Below are positions 1 to 13,699 of a DNA stretch of 64,000 nucleotides, piece by piece (within the stretch, counting starts at the first letter, position 1; every line of letters starts with the position of its first letter). The position numbers were made by a program, and so were the translations under genes. The stretch spans positions 194,556,001 to 194,620,000 of the forward strand of contig OZ024742.1 in the NCBI GenBank assembly GCA_964016885.1, given 5' to 3'. Source of the DNA: Eledone cirrhosa. Its lineage: Eukaryota. The notes under the pieces were generated by a model that was not told where the DNA came from, did no database searches, and worked only from the letters and a program-made list of their open reading frames with translations.

Positions 1-1105
1 GTGATTTCCAGTTGGTTAGTTTTTTGGCTTGCCCCTTAAGAGTTTCAACTGTGATACTCAAATCAGTCTGTTGCTGTGCCTGCTCACCGATCTCCCTCTG
101 TACTGTCTCAATCCACCCTGCCTGGGCATTGTGTCTAACATCCTGCTCCCATATTCCTCTCCAGAATGTTTTAGCTTGTTCCGCCCCAGGGATCAAGTCG
201 GTGCCTCTTTCTTTCCCCTCAAGCTGTCCAAACAGCATCTTCTGGTTGTTGTCGAACATGCGGTTCTGTTTATACTGACTGACTCTGTTCTCGTATCGCC
301 TGATTTTGGCACTCTTTGCTACAATGCGTTGCTTCAATTCCTCTATGATAATATTTAGCTTTTTACTCCTAGTTTTGTATTTTATTTCCAGTCTATTTTT
401 AGTGCCTATGTTTTTTAGTGTCCCATTCAGTAGTGACTCAAGCTTTCCTATGTCATTTCTCATTTCCCCGATTTGCCCACTCAGTCGCTTCTTCCACCAC
501 GGCTCTGCTCTTTCTTGTCTGTTGTTTCCTCTCGCTTTTATACCAAGTAGTTTCCTCACCGTATTTGCTGTTGCTTTGAGGATATTGTTGCACTGGTGAA
601 GACTCCTCGCCTCAAGGTATGGGATGACTTTGTTTACCTTAGCTGTTGTTTCTTTTAACTTTTTCCTGTCTACAAATCTTAGGTTCATAGGTCTCCCACT
701 ATCATTGTTCAACTCATCTACCACTAAATTTAGGATGTCAACCGAATCTTGTCCTAGCCCGTCAGCATTCATCTCCTCAGTGGCCGTATCTCTGTTCCAG
801 GTATTATTTATCTCAGTATTCAGATCATTGTCTGCTTCGGGTGGTTCCTCCGCTCTCAGGACCTCCTCACCTTCATTTCCCGCCGGCTCGCTTGTCTGGC
901 ATACTACACCCGCCATCTCCAAGCCATTCTCTCTGCTCAGTTCCTCCAGTTCCAGCTCGCTTATCCACCCATTAGTTCTTATTACCCGAGCCTGCCCGGC
1001 CAATTTTTGTTCATCTAATTTAAATAAACCAATCTCGTTCCAGATGTTATGCATCCGTCTCCTGTAGCCCCTCTCCTTGGGGTTACTTTTCAGGTAGCAT
1101 TGCAT
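1..1105 (-). mobile_element. R4/Dong-like (RLE-type) non-LTR retrotransposon, N-terminal part of ORF running off the window edge
   Basis: Manual translation from ATG at 1105: MQCYLKSNPKERGYRRRMHNIW..DEQKLAGQARVIR..EPWWKKRL..IIEELKQRIVAKSAKIRRYENR..FWRGIWEQDVRHN, typical of the R4/Dong pre-RT region. No stop, but an apparent frameshift in the T-run at ~20-26 just before NWKS. Absent from the ORF track because it has no in-window stop. Confidence 0.8.
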
Positions 1106-1554
1106 AACAGTTCTATTCAATTCTTTCGTCCAGTTGGTTCTGGCCCCTTTCCTTCTTCTTCTTCCTCCAACATCAGCAGTATTTCGTTGACAGTCAGGTT
1201 CCTGCTGCTGAGCCAGGGGGCACCTGTTGGGTGAGAGTCTGTCACATGACGTTCTAGTCTCCATTTCACCGTTATTCGAACTGTTTATGTTCGATATTTA
1301 AACACTCTTATCGAGGATTGGCGAATGTATGTTTACATAGCCATCTGTGGATCCGCCATCCCACTTGGCCCTTGTGTGGCATTATCACCACGCTGTATAC
1401 GGACACACATAAACAAACAAACACACGGGCAGAAAGGGCCCCAAAAATGAATAAGCATAAGTTTCATTGTAATGTAGTATTCGAATGTCTGACTTAGTTT
1501 TTGTTTTTTAAGTTTTACTTTTTCCCCCCTCTTCTCTGTCCGTCCGCCTGCCTC

Positions 1555-1624
<70 letters not shown>

Positions 1625-1710
1625 GTTGTTGTTGTATGTTGTTTTTGTTGTTGTTGCTTTTTGTATTGTTGTTGCTGCTGCTGTTGTTCATTGTTGTTGT
1701 TGTTGTTATT
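1555..1710. repeat. (TAT/TAA)n microsatellite followed by degenerate (GTT)n
   Basis: Direct reading; lies at the 3' end of the minus-strand R4-like fragment. Confidence 0.95.
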
Positions 1711-1744
1711 GATGTCCCAATCGTTGATGTTATTTAACTGGAAA

Positions 1745-2200
1745 GTTAGTTCAAATTAACATCAAGCCGACACCTGCAGCCTGAGATATTGAGGACGTAT
1801 CGGAGGTTTCTTGCTGCTCTCAGCAAGCATACCATTTGAAGTGTTCCAAAAAACGGGGCTGAACTAATGTTCTTTAACCATCCTTGAAAATTCTTCGAGA
1901 TAGTATATAGTGCTCTTATGACAATCGGGACGACCTTGATCTCACGACAGTCCTAAATCCTTTTTAATTCCCACTTTGAATCCTAGTATCGGTTAATTTT
2001 CTCCCTCTCCTTTTCTTGCACTCATGCATCAAAGGGACAGGCTAATCTAGAATCAGGCATGTCTTTTTTTATTGTTAAAAACCACCAGGTCAGGCTTATT
2101 TTGTTCTAATTTCTTGTCTGCCTGTATCCTGAAATCGAGTAGCACCTTCACTTCATCGTTTTCTATCACCGACTCTGGCTTATGATCATGCCACTTCTAG
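1745..2200 (-). mobile_element. R4/Dong-like retrotransposon 3' fragment (restriction-like endonuclease domain), decayed
   Basis: Minus frames: KWHDHKPESVIENDEVKVLLDFRIQADKKLEQNKPDLVV..ACPFD..EREKINRY..VVPIVI..CLLRAARNLRYVL, with stops and frameshifts. Confidence 0.75.
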
Positions 2201-2259
2201 AAACGTGGCAAATCATTTGTTATTATTTCTATTAGTATTATGCACGTCATCACTGTATT

Positions 2260-3115
2260 ACCGAGCGCAGCTCTGTGCGTCCTGGGTATGTGCAGTATGT
2301 TTTTTCTTCTTTTTTTTATTTTTGGTGTTTGTTCTAATGTATTGATAGTATTATTCGTAATATATGTGCGGTGCCTAATAGTGCTCTTTTTTATATGTTG
2401 TATATATTTGTGAGTCCTGGAGTTTTGGTTATGTATATATCTGCATGCTTTTTTATCATTCCCAGAGCACCTATGATTATAGGTATTGTTTCTGTCTTCA
2501 ACATCCACATCCAGGTTATTTCTATCTCTAGATCTTTATATTTGGATAGTTTCTCCTTTTCCTTGGTAGAAGAAATGTTGTCATCAGTTGGAATTGATAC
2601 ACCAATCAGAAGACATTTCTTTGAAGTCTTTGACTATAATGTCTGGTCGCTTGGCTTTGATCTCCCTATCTGTATGTATTGGCATATCCCAGAGAATGGT
2701 TGCTTTGTCATTCTCTGATAATCTTTCTGGTGTGTACTTCTATCATTTTTTTGTCTGTGAGTATGAGATAGTATTGGCATAATTCCCAATGTATGTAGGT
2801 CCGTACTCCATCATGTCTGTAGATGTATTCCTTTTTGTCTAAGACTGAGCAGCCTGAGATAATGTAGTTAATGGTTTCTTCCTCATTTCCACATATTGTT
2901 CATTTACTCACTATGTTCTTTTTCATTATGAATTTCAAGTGATTTCTGGTTGAGAGGATTTACTCTTGTGCTGCAACCAGAAATATTTCTGTCTCAGTGC
3001 TTCGTAGCCAATTGTGTGTGTTATCTTTTCTAATTCCTCTCTATTAAACTTTTTCAAGTATTGGCCACGCAAGGGTTTTTCTTGACATCGTTTTAACATG
3101 GCATCTGTAGGTTTG
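2260..3115 (-). mobile_element. Second R4/Dong-like 3' fragment (CCHC knuckle + RLE), decayed
   Basis: Minus frames: CGNEEETINYIISGC..YIYRHD..ILWDMPIHTDREIK..RPDIIVKD..VSIPTDDN..EKLSKYKDLEIEI..TIPIIIGALG..ALLGTAHILR. Confidence 0.8.
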
Positions 3116-3134
3116 TTTATTATTATTATTTCCG

Positions 3135-3685
3135 CCAGGGTAATTTTACCTTTCATCCTTACAGGGTAGATAAAATATAGTACCAGTAATGCACTGCGGT
3201 AATTGCTGGCCTTGTGCCAAAAGTAGAAAGTTTGTTATTATTATTATAATTATAATTATTGCGGTTGATTGGCAGTATAGATAGAGAGTCGGACACCATG
3301 CTTTGCAGCATAGAGTTACGGCCCGTTATGGTATGTGTCCAAGTCCCGCCGAGATTAACTTTGTATTTCATCCTTGCAGGAGTCGATAAAATAAAGCACC
3401 AATAACGTACTGGTGTCGATTTAATCGACTTTCCCCCTCCCCAAAAATTGCTGGCCTTGTGCCTATATAAGAAACCATTATTATTATTATGGCAGTATCA
3501 GTAGAGGGTCGGATGTCATGCTTTGCAGCAAAGAGTTACGGCCCTTTATGGTCTGAGTTCAAATCCCGCCGAGGTTAACTTTGCCTTTCATCCTTACGGG
3601 GTCGATAAAATAAAGTACCAGTAATGTACTGGGTAATTGCTGGCCTTGTGCTAAAAGTAGAAACAATTATTATAATAATTATTAG
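3135..3685 (+). mobile_element. Cluster of three tRNA-derived SINE copies (family S1) separated by TAA/TTA tails
   Basis: Repeated GAGTTCAAATCCCGCCGAGG (B-box-like)..CTTTCATCCTTACGGGGTCGATAAAATAAAGTACCAGT..TTGCTGGCCTTGTGC; same family recurs across the window. Confidence 0.8.
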
Positions 3686-4847
3686 GGAAATTGAGTAGGC
3701 GGAAGCTGTTTACAAGCCTTTCGAATGTTCTGTAACTTTAATTCAAATAACCTGCTGTATTCCCTCCCCTACGTGCTAAGTTAAGAATACGTGTCTGTAG
3801 AATGGTATAGCCACTTGCATGTTAATTGTATGAGCAGGCTCCACCGAGAGCACAATTTGTGTCGTCATCTTCGAACAGCGACGGAGGTATGTCGAGTGAT
3901 AACTACTAATACATTGTCTCTTTTTTTTTTTTAGTTTTTTTGTTTAATAGAGAAAATAAATTCTGTAAATAAGATATAAAAGAAATCCGAATGATGAAGT
4001 AGTATTAGTAATAATCAGTTATAGTAAGATTATTATATACTTCAGAGAGACAAAAATAATCTAAAAACCATTGTAGAATTGTGTGGATGAGATACAAGAA
4101 AAAGTGTTCTATACCAAATGTGTATATGCTAATTCAATGAATGACAGAGTATTGTTTTCTTTAGCTCTGTTTTATGTTATAATATGTTCATGTTAATATA
4201 TCTGTAGCTTGTGTGTATCAGGAGAGGGCGGTTGCAAGGAGAGTCTGTGTATGTGTTTTGCTGCAATGTGTTTCTGTAAGTTTGTCTATATATATCTGTG
4301 TGTTTCTATATATGAAACATGTCTGTGTATGTACTGGGTTGGTATGTTTTCATGTGGCACTGTCAATATATTTATGGTTTCTTGTATGTATGACGTGTGT
4401 GTATAGGAATGTGAGGCAATCAGTGTATGTCCTGTGTTGGTTCATGTTCATGCAAGAGTATGTGTGAAGAGTGCGTACTTATATATATGGATAAGTTTGT
4501 GATTTGATTTACTCGTATATAAAGAAGTATTCATATTGATATTATGTTCATACGCTTGTATGTAGGAGGTGAGAAATGTTATATATGTGGGGGGCTTGTG
4601 TTTCCGTTAACTGTATTCTTCTGCATATAAGACGTGTATTTGTATGTGTGAAACGACTGTGTATGCAGCCGTATTTCATATATACGTAAGGAAAATAATA
4701 CATACGACAAAAATAGATTGTTGCTTTCTTCATATATATATCCTTATATATATATATATATATATTGATAGAAAGAAAGATAGATAGATACAAAGAGAGA
4801 GCAAGGGATAGAGATAGATATAGTGAGATAGATATATGTGAGTGCAT

Positions 4848-4901
<54 letters not shown>

Positions 4902-5029
4902 AAGTTATATTTAAAATTGTTGGGTTACAACTAGTAAATATTTATAACTAATATAAAAGCACTCGACAAATATTTGGAGTATATTTACAATATTAAATAA
5001 ATGGAAAACTATATTTATAAAACCATATT

Positions 5030-5326
5030 TATTTCACTATATATATTTCGGGGATATCATATTAACAATATGCTATGCCTTCATCAGACAAAATACAATA
5101 TAAACAGTTTTATAGATAAATATATTCGACATACCGTAATAAACATCAACTTCATTTGAAGAGGTTTACGCTAGCAGTCTTTACTGCTAGCGTAAACCTC
5201 TTCAAATGAAGTTGATGTTTATTACGGTATGTCGAATATATTTATCTATAAAACTGTTTATATTGTATTTTGTCTGATGAAGGCATAGCATATTGTTAAT
5301 ATGATATCCCCGAAATATATATAGTG

Positions 5327-5331
<5 letters not shown>
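5030..5331. repeat. Fold-back palindrome (149-bp arms, CTTT spacer) of a PLE terminal repeat, flanked by (TA)n
   Basis: 5030-5178 is the reverse complement of 5183-5331; each arm carries a hammerhead motif. Confidence 0.9.
5266..5331 (+). ncRNA. Type I hammerhead ribozyme motif (mirror copy ~5030-5095 on minus)
   Basis: CTGATGA 5274-5280, imperfect long stem II, GAAA 5312-5315, palindromic stem III ATATATAT, wobble-rich stem I. Confidence 0.55.
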
Positions 5332-5415
<84 letters not shown>

Positions 5416-5521
5416 CGGAGTTAAATAGAGAGATATAAACACACTTATGCACACACGCACACACGCATATATGTATATGTGTGTGTGTGAGTGTGGGTGT
5501 GGGTGTGTGGGTGTGGGTGTT

Positions 5522-5563
<42 letters not shown>

Positions 5564-5682
5564 TATATATATGTATGTATGCATACATATATACATACAT
5601 ACATACACACACATATATATATATTAAATGATTGAGATAATGTGAGAAGAGGGTGTATTAATGGGAAAGAATTCTGGTGGAT

Positions 5683-5821
<139 letters not shown>

Positions 5822-5830
5822 CTATATATA

Positions 5831-7475
<1,645 letters not shown>

Positions 7476-7489
7476 TCGCATTTTTTTAC

Positions 7490-7684
7490 TGCTATGACAA
7501 TACTATACATCGTTTCAGCTCTTTTGTTATTGATGTTATTGATGTTGTTTTGAGAGAATCGTTTTTGCAAATGACTGAATATATCGAATAATGTACGCCA
7601 TTTTTACCAGTACCAAAAAGATACTGGTCCATCCACCCACACGCGCGTGCGCGCATGTACACGCGCACACTAACATACAGACAG

Positions 7685-7716
<32 letters not shown>

Positions 7717-8400
7717 TTCTCCGTATAAGACAAGAGCTGAAAAATATGTTTCAACATGTTAAAATACCCCCTCCCCCACACACACACATTCCTACTGACC
7801 GATTCATTTCCATTATCGCAACAATGAAGCACTTTGCTACACACACACACACACACAGACACACACATATCTGTCTTAATAGACACCTGAACTGTTAACC
7901 TCTCAACATGACAGCAACTCAATCAAGCAGAAAAGGACACTCTTCGAAAAAACTACATTTGGCGCGAAACCAGCTCGCGCTAAAATCTATTTAATCATTC
8001 ATGTGACTTCTATCGACCAATCAACATTGTTTTGACGACAAGAATTTTTGCAACACGAATTGGCGCGAAATTTATAGTGCTTATTCACGCGACATTCAAC
8101 AACCAACCAAATATTAATACCTTGCAATCCACTTTTTTCACATAAAACAGGAAGAATTTCCAAAAGTGATCAGGTTAGAGCAAAATTCACGAGCACTCTC
8201 TCTCAAAATTATTTTTGAAAAGCATAAGAAATGCACAACCGGTAAAAACTTAAAACTAAAACTGAATACTAACTAATACTTATTACTAATTTATACTTAC
8301 TCCTAATTAAACTACTTTTCACTGGGAAAAATTTGTCAGCATTTTCTTTTCGTCTTTACTAATATATCAGATCTCGTGTGTCACACCTCTATTTTTTAAA
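7490..8400 (+). mobile_element. Inverted copy of the PLE terminal repeat (pairs with ~5941-6775)
   Basis: Diverged reverse complement of 5941-6775, plus a ~35-nt extension before (TA)n. Confidence 0.85.
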
Positions 8401-8414
8401 ATATATATATATGC

Positions 8415-8464
<50 letters not shown>

Positions 8465-8907
8465 GCATATATATACATATATATAAAATTCAAAGGATAT
8501 ATATATGTATAATTAGACATAGTCACAGATAAAATATATACGGTATTTCCTCTCCCAATCACCATAAATCAACCACATAAAAACATGATTTAAACGAGGC
8601 TATAAAATTATAAGTTTAAAATGTACTTATGAAGAAGAAATGATAGACAAATGATATAGATTCTTTTCCGCGATGTACAGCCATATGACACTTATCTAAT
8701 TATTTCTTCTATCCTGTAGAAGCTAACTATACGGAATTATGTACAAAATAGAAGTTTAAAGAGAAAATCCACCTAAATTTTACCAGAATTCTCATAGTCT
8801 CTACCAACTGGTGGTTTCGTTCCGCCAATGATTTTTTAAGTGGTTGATTTCTGCTGATTAGGAGAGGAAATACCGTATATATTTATCTAATGATTCTTTG
8901 GACTTAC

Positions 8908-8990
<83 letters not shown>

Positions 8991-9145
8991 GACTTTGTCA
9001 CTCTAAATATAAATTATAGCTTTAAAGAATTAGCTTTTAATAAATTCCCCTTTCTTTCAACCAATGACCTCCATCCATCCCAATCCCCACCCTCTCCTAC
9101 CACCTGAAAAGATATAAATACCACTACATTTATTTGGGACCGCCG

Positions 9146-9194
9146 GATTCCTGATGATTTCTAAAGAATGAAACAGTTCTAGTCCTGTAGAATC
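9146..9194 (+). ncRNA. Type I hammerhead ribozyme motif (second copy 36203-36250 minus)
   Basis: Stem I GATTC/GAATC, CTGATGA, stem II TTC-TAAA-GAA, GAAA, stem III ACAG/CTGT, GUA cleavage triplet. Confidence 0.75.
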
Positions 9195-9285
9195 TCATCT
9201 ATATTAAAACTTTTATACTCTGCTATGTACCGTACTTACTGTGGTTACCTCCGATTCAACCCGGAATAACTTACTATATATATAT

Positions 9286-9489
9286 ATAGGAACCAGTAAG
9301 GCCCCGACGGCTGAGCTCAAGCCGTTTCGACGGCTAATTCTGGACTCAATTCAGTCCAGAATTAGCCGTCGAAACGGCTTGAGCTCAGCCGTCGGGGTCT
9401 TACTGGTTCCTATTACCCACTCTCCTACCCCAAGTATTGAGTACTTTGGTGCGTTATGGTCCACCTGGTTCCTTACCACATTTCCTCCG

Positions 9490-9492
<3 letters not shown>
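9286..9492. repeat. Fold-back mini element with ~61-bp arms containing the 3' half of a hammerhead; second copy 54610-54792
   Basis: 9286-9346 is inverted at 9353-9413; GAAAC-GGCT..AGCC-GTC at 9371-9393; (TA)n on both sides. Confidence 0.85.
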
Positions 9493-9551
<59 letters not shown>

Positions 9552-9559
9552 GAGATTAC

Positions 9560-10690
9560 AAGTTATCGTTATAGTCAATCCACTTAGAGGTAGTCCAGTT
9601 TAAGTACTCCACCGTGTTGTTGATGGTATTAACGTATGGCTTAGTTTGACTCAACAAGACGCTTCTATAGTGATGCAACGAGTTCGCGGTGATTTCTATG
9701 TAGGTTATACTTGGAGTAGTAATAATTCAAGAAATAAGAGTAACATGGTTGGTTGTACAATAAGGGCTTTATTCACAGTGCTGACAATTGTTTCTTTTAT
9801 CTGGTAGGTCTAGAGCTCGCTAAACGCTTGATGTTGCGTCAATCGATCTCAAATACTTTGTTTATAACCAGTCAATTCATCAGAGCGTGCGGATGTGAGG
9901 GTAATACGCAAGGCATGGGTTTTATAGAGGAGTGGTATTAGACCAGAACAATAATATCAATAAGAAAATAACTAGATACTGAATAGTTAAAATAATAACA
10001 TCAATATAAGTAATAAATAGAATATAATAATAAAACTAGCATGGTAAACGAACTGATATGATACAGATGTACGAAATTGACATGTGAGAACTACTATAGG
10101 GTACATTAGATGTAATATTTGAAGGATGAAGAGGTAACTAATAAAATGTAGTTAGAGTCAGATTTTGGAATCTACACTTTAAGTGCATTTATGAGGGATC
10201 TAGATACAAGTGTGCTGTGGGTCTAAAAACACACTAGCACTAAACCGGAGATTGATTTATGGTTTGACAGATAAGTATTTTCGTTGTATCAACTTAGTGT
10301 GATTGATAGAGTGAGTGTATAAAGATATATGGTTCTTAGGTGGTATTAAGTGAAATTGTAGATTCAGTATTTTAAGGTTTAGATGGCTTATTCTAAATGT
10401 TGGGGTTGCTAGTTCGATTCATGGGGGTTTAGACAATAACATCAACAATAAAATATGCATAGATAGAGAACATGATGAATAAAATTAGGGATAGGGTACA
10501 TTGAGATGATCATAATAATAATAAGAAGGATATAAGAGTTTCAAGGAGTGTAAAAGTAATAAGATAATGTATTTAGAATTAAGTTCATCTGTTAGAGATC
10601 ATGGATGATAATATGAGATATCTAGATATAATTGTTTGGTTCGAAAGAATAAACAACAGCAAAGACGAGATTGATTTATGGGCTGACAAG
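9560..10690 (-). mobile_element. Inverted, diverged terminal repeat/3' region of PLE family A
   Basis: 9740-9890 is the reverse-complement homolog of 12700-12860 and 18000-18160; 9575-9750 resembles 23753-23920. Confidence 0.65.
9778..9888 (-). ncRNA. Type I hammerhead with 82-nt stem II domain (family A)
   Basis: Reverse strand: GCT-CTGATGA-(82 nt)-GAAAC-AATT-GTC-AGC. Confidence 0.7.
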
Positions 10691-12870
10691 ATGACTTGGT
10701 GGGAATATCTATAGCGCACAACTTACATAAGCATTTCAATAACCTCCACGGAGGAATTTACAGAGACGATACACTCCTTCTAGCCAAAAACCTAAATAAT
10801 CAGAACATTGAAAGATTAAAAAAAAACATTAGAGTATTCTTCAAAAAACTAGGCCTAGGAATCACTTTCGAACTTAACTCTAAAAAAGCAAATTTCTTAG
10901 ATGTAACTCTCAACCTAAACATAGGAATTACGAAAATCTAGCCTACATTAGTTATAACTCAAACCACCCCCGATCCATAATTAACTCCATAGCACATAGC
11001 ATATCCCTCAGAATATCCCACCTATCTTCGAACCTAGAAATGTTTAACGAACAGGCAAACTATTATAACATAGCTTTACATAAGGCTGGACATAAAGAGA
11101 AGCTGGAATACATACTAGATAGAGACAACAATAACAAACCTAACGACAACAACACTACCCGCTCATATAGAAATAGCAAGCATAAGACTAAGCATAGAGT
11201 TAGACAACGAGCACCAAAAAACCAAACAGAACACTTATATAAGGACCCTCCAAAACTATAGAAGATCCAGAGATAGAAAGTACCTATGGTTCAATCCAAT
11301 ATTCAACTCCTCTATAAAAACTGAACTAACTTCTACATTCTTTAAACTAATAGATAAACACTTCTCTACACTACACAAATACCATAAAATCTTCAATATA
11401 AAATCTATAAAACTTTCCTACTCTACTGCAGCCAACATAGAATCGCACATACGTAAGATCAACCACAAAAATATCTCTAAAGAAATTAACCTACCAACAC
11501 GCATCATAGCACCAAATACAAAACACAGACACATAACCACATCACAACCACAAACGCATCAGAACACATCACAACAAAACATTAATAGGCCTATATCACA
11601 ACCCACCCACAACAACTTATAAAACCACAACGAGGAACCTGCACAAAATAAAACCTCAAATTGTAATTTCCACCTACCAGATAAGTGCCCGCTACGGAAT
11701 AGATGCATGGATTTAAGTATGGTATACCTGTGTACTGTGAATTCAGGCAATTCTATCTGGCACTACATAGGTTCCACGGCTGGGGAGTTTAAGAAAAGGC
11801 GGTACGTCCACAGACACTCCATGAAGAACCGTAGACTGGAGAACTCTACGATGCTCGCCAATAAAATCTGGCAGCTTAAGGACAGAAGCCTAGAATATAA
11901 GATTACCTGGTCAAAATTATCTGTAGCAAAAACATACAACAACAGTATGTGCCACTGCGGGCTTTGTAATTTAGAATTACTACATATGTTAAGGTACGAT
12001 GGGATGCTGCTTAACAGCAAAATAGAAAGATTTATTTTCACAAACTTTAAACAACCATGAATTCCCAAAATTAGTACTGAATCCCAAAATTTGTACTGGA
12101 CCACTGAGATTTAACATGTAGAATATCCACCATTGCACTTCTATTAGCTATCAAACGGCTCAATGGTCACTGGATCATAAATCCCTGAACATTTCTTTCT
12201 CCCTCTCACCCTGAAACAGCATCAACCCCATTAAGATAGAAGAATCAGCAAAACATTTACGACAAGCGTTTATCACATGTCTCGTCATCCCTAGCCCATA
12301 AATATCATACATGCATCTAGCAATTAATCTCTAATTTATTGTCGCTTTTATCGGACCATCTACACGTATCTATGTACATCTTGAATCTAGTTTCCCACCA
12401 ACGAATCCTTATAAGAACACTTACAGAAAAACTACTACTATATTCTTACACGCTCTCACCTATTTATTTGTTTATCTCTTTATATTCTCCATTCTCTCTT
12501 TTTCTTACTTTTTAATGTACCATATCTTATATTTTACTTTTACTTTTTACATCTGTAACTTCTCTACCTATTTAACATACATGTATTATTATTGATGTTA
12601 TTGTTTAGATTATACGATATTTTATTATTGATGTTATTGTTTTAATTATACGCTATTTTTCTATATAAGTCTTGCCTCGAGTGAATTACTATCATATCTA
12701 CGTACTCTGATGTGTTGACCAGAGGTGAATAACGTATTGGAGATCGAATAACGCAACCTCAAGCGATTAGCGAACTCTAGACCCACATGATCAACGAAAC
12801 AATTGTTAGTACTTTAAATAAAGCCCTTATTTTACAGCCAACCATGTTAATCTTCATTTTTTAACTATAT
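10690..12870 (+). mobile_element. Penelope-like retroelement family A, 5'-truncated and decayed (RT C-terminus, GIY-YIG, terminal repeat)
   Basis: ORF 10696-10941 GIYRDDTL..ANFLDVTLNL (PLE RT); YNSNHP motif; ORF 11707-12060 MVYLCTV..YIGSTAGEFKKR..H..STMLANKIWQLK..CGLCNLE (GIY-YIG); hammerhead and AATAAA at the 3' end. Confidence 0.9.
12702..12812 (+). ncRNA. Type I hammerhead, family A (core CTGATGT, one mismatch)
   Basis: Stem I GTACT/AGTAC, stem II GTTGA..TCAAC, GAAAC-AATT-GTT. Confidence 0.65.
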
Positions 12871-13139
12871 GATATATATATAACAACCCCCACCCCACAC
12901 ACACACAATTCACTCCCACATTTCTACTAATAGAATCACTTTCCTACACACATATACACACACACAAAATATATATATTATCTCCATCTTAACATATATA
13001 CACACACACACACACACAACTCCCTCCCCTATTTCTACTAATAGAATCAACTTCCTATACACACACAATCACACAAATAAACATACATATCTTTACTTTC
13101 TTTATTTCAATAGAAAATCTTAATTATGACACCCCAGCG

Positions 13140-13670
13140 AACTAACCATATTCACTGAACCAGAACAATTCTCCCATCCCATTTCTCTTGACCATTATCT
13201 TTTGCTTGTCATAAAATTCTCTAAAAAGACTACAGAATAAATTTCGATATACGGGCGCGAAATGTAAAAGGAAATTCAAACACTCATATATGAAAAAACA
13301 ATATGAGCCCCCCTCCCCCTCTTGTTTGAAGAACTTTGTAACGCGAATTGGCGCGAAATTTATTATAATTATTGACCAACCAATCAAATTACTCCTCTAA
13401 AAACGTGGCGTTTCGAGCCACTTTTTCCCATATAAAACATTCAAAGACCAACCAGATGTGAGAAAAACCACACACCCTCCATCTCAACTCTACCTTTGAA
13501 AAGCAGAAGAACTGCGAAACCGGTAAAGGAACCAAATAAATATATATATATTTTTTTAAATAAGACTCCAGTTGCATTTTCGATTTCATCTTTTTTTCTT
13601 TATACTTTCACTCGTGTAGGACACCTCGGTTATTTTTCATTTTGTAACAAAATCTCACTTTCTAATATAT
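13140..13670 (+). mobile_element. PLE terminal repeat with variant hammerhead at 13493-13529 (partial inverted homolog 24255-24465)
   Basis: TTGAAAA-GCAG-AAGAA-CTGC-GAAAC-CG-GTA; GGCGCGAAA and CCAATCA motifs upstream; ends in (TA)n. Confidence 0.7.
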
Positions 13671-13699
13671 ATATATATGTATGTATATATATATATATA

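Noticed and set aside
12-1234. Plus-strand hydrophobic/serine-rich ORFs (also 2371-2782 and 61934-63398)
   Set aside because: They are antisense shadows of minus-strand retrotransposon ORFs.
3491-3680. tRNA genes at B-box motifs
   Set aside because: No complete cloverleaf; each continues into a shared SINE body and tail.
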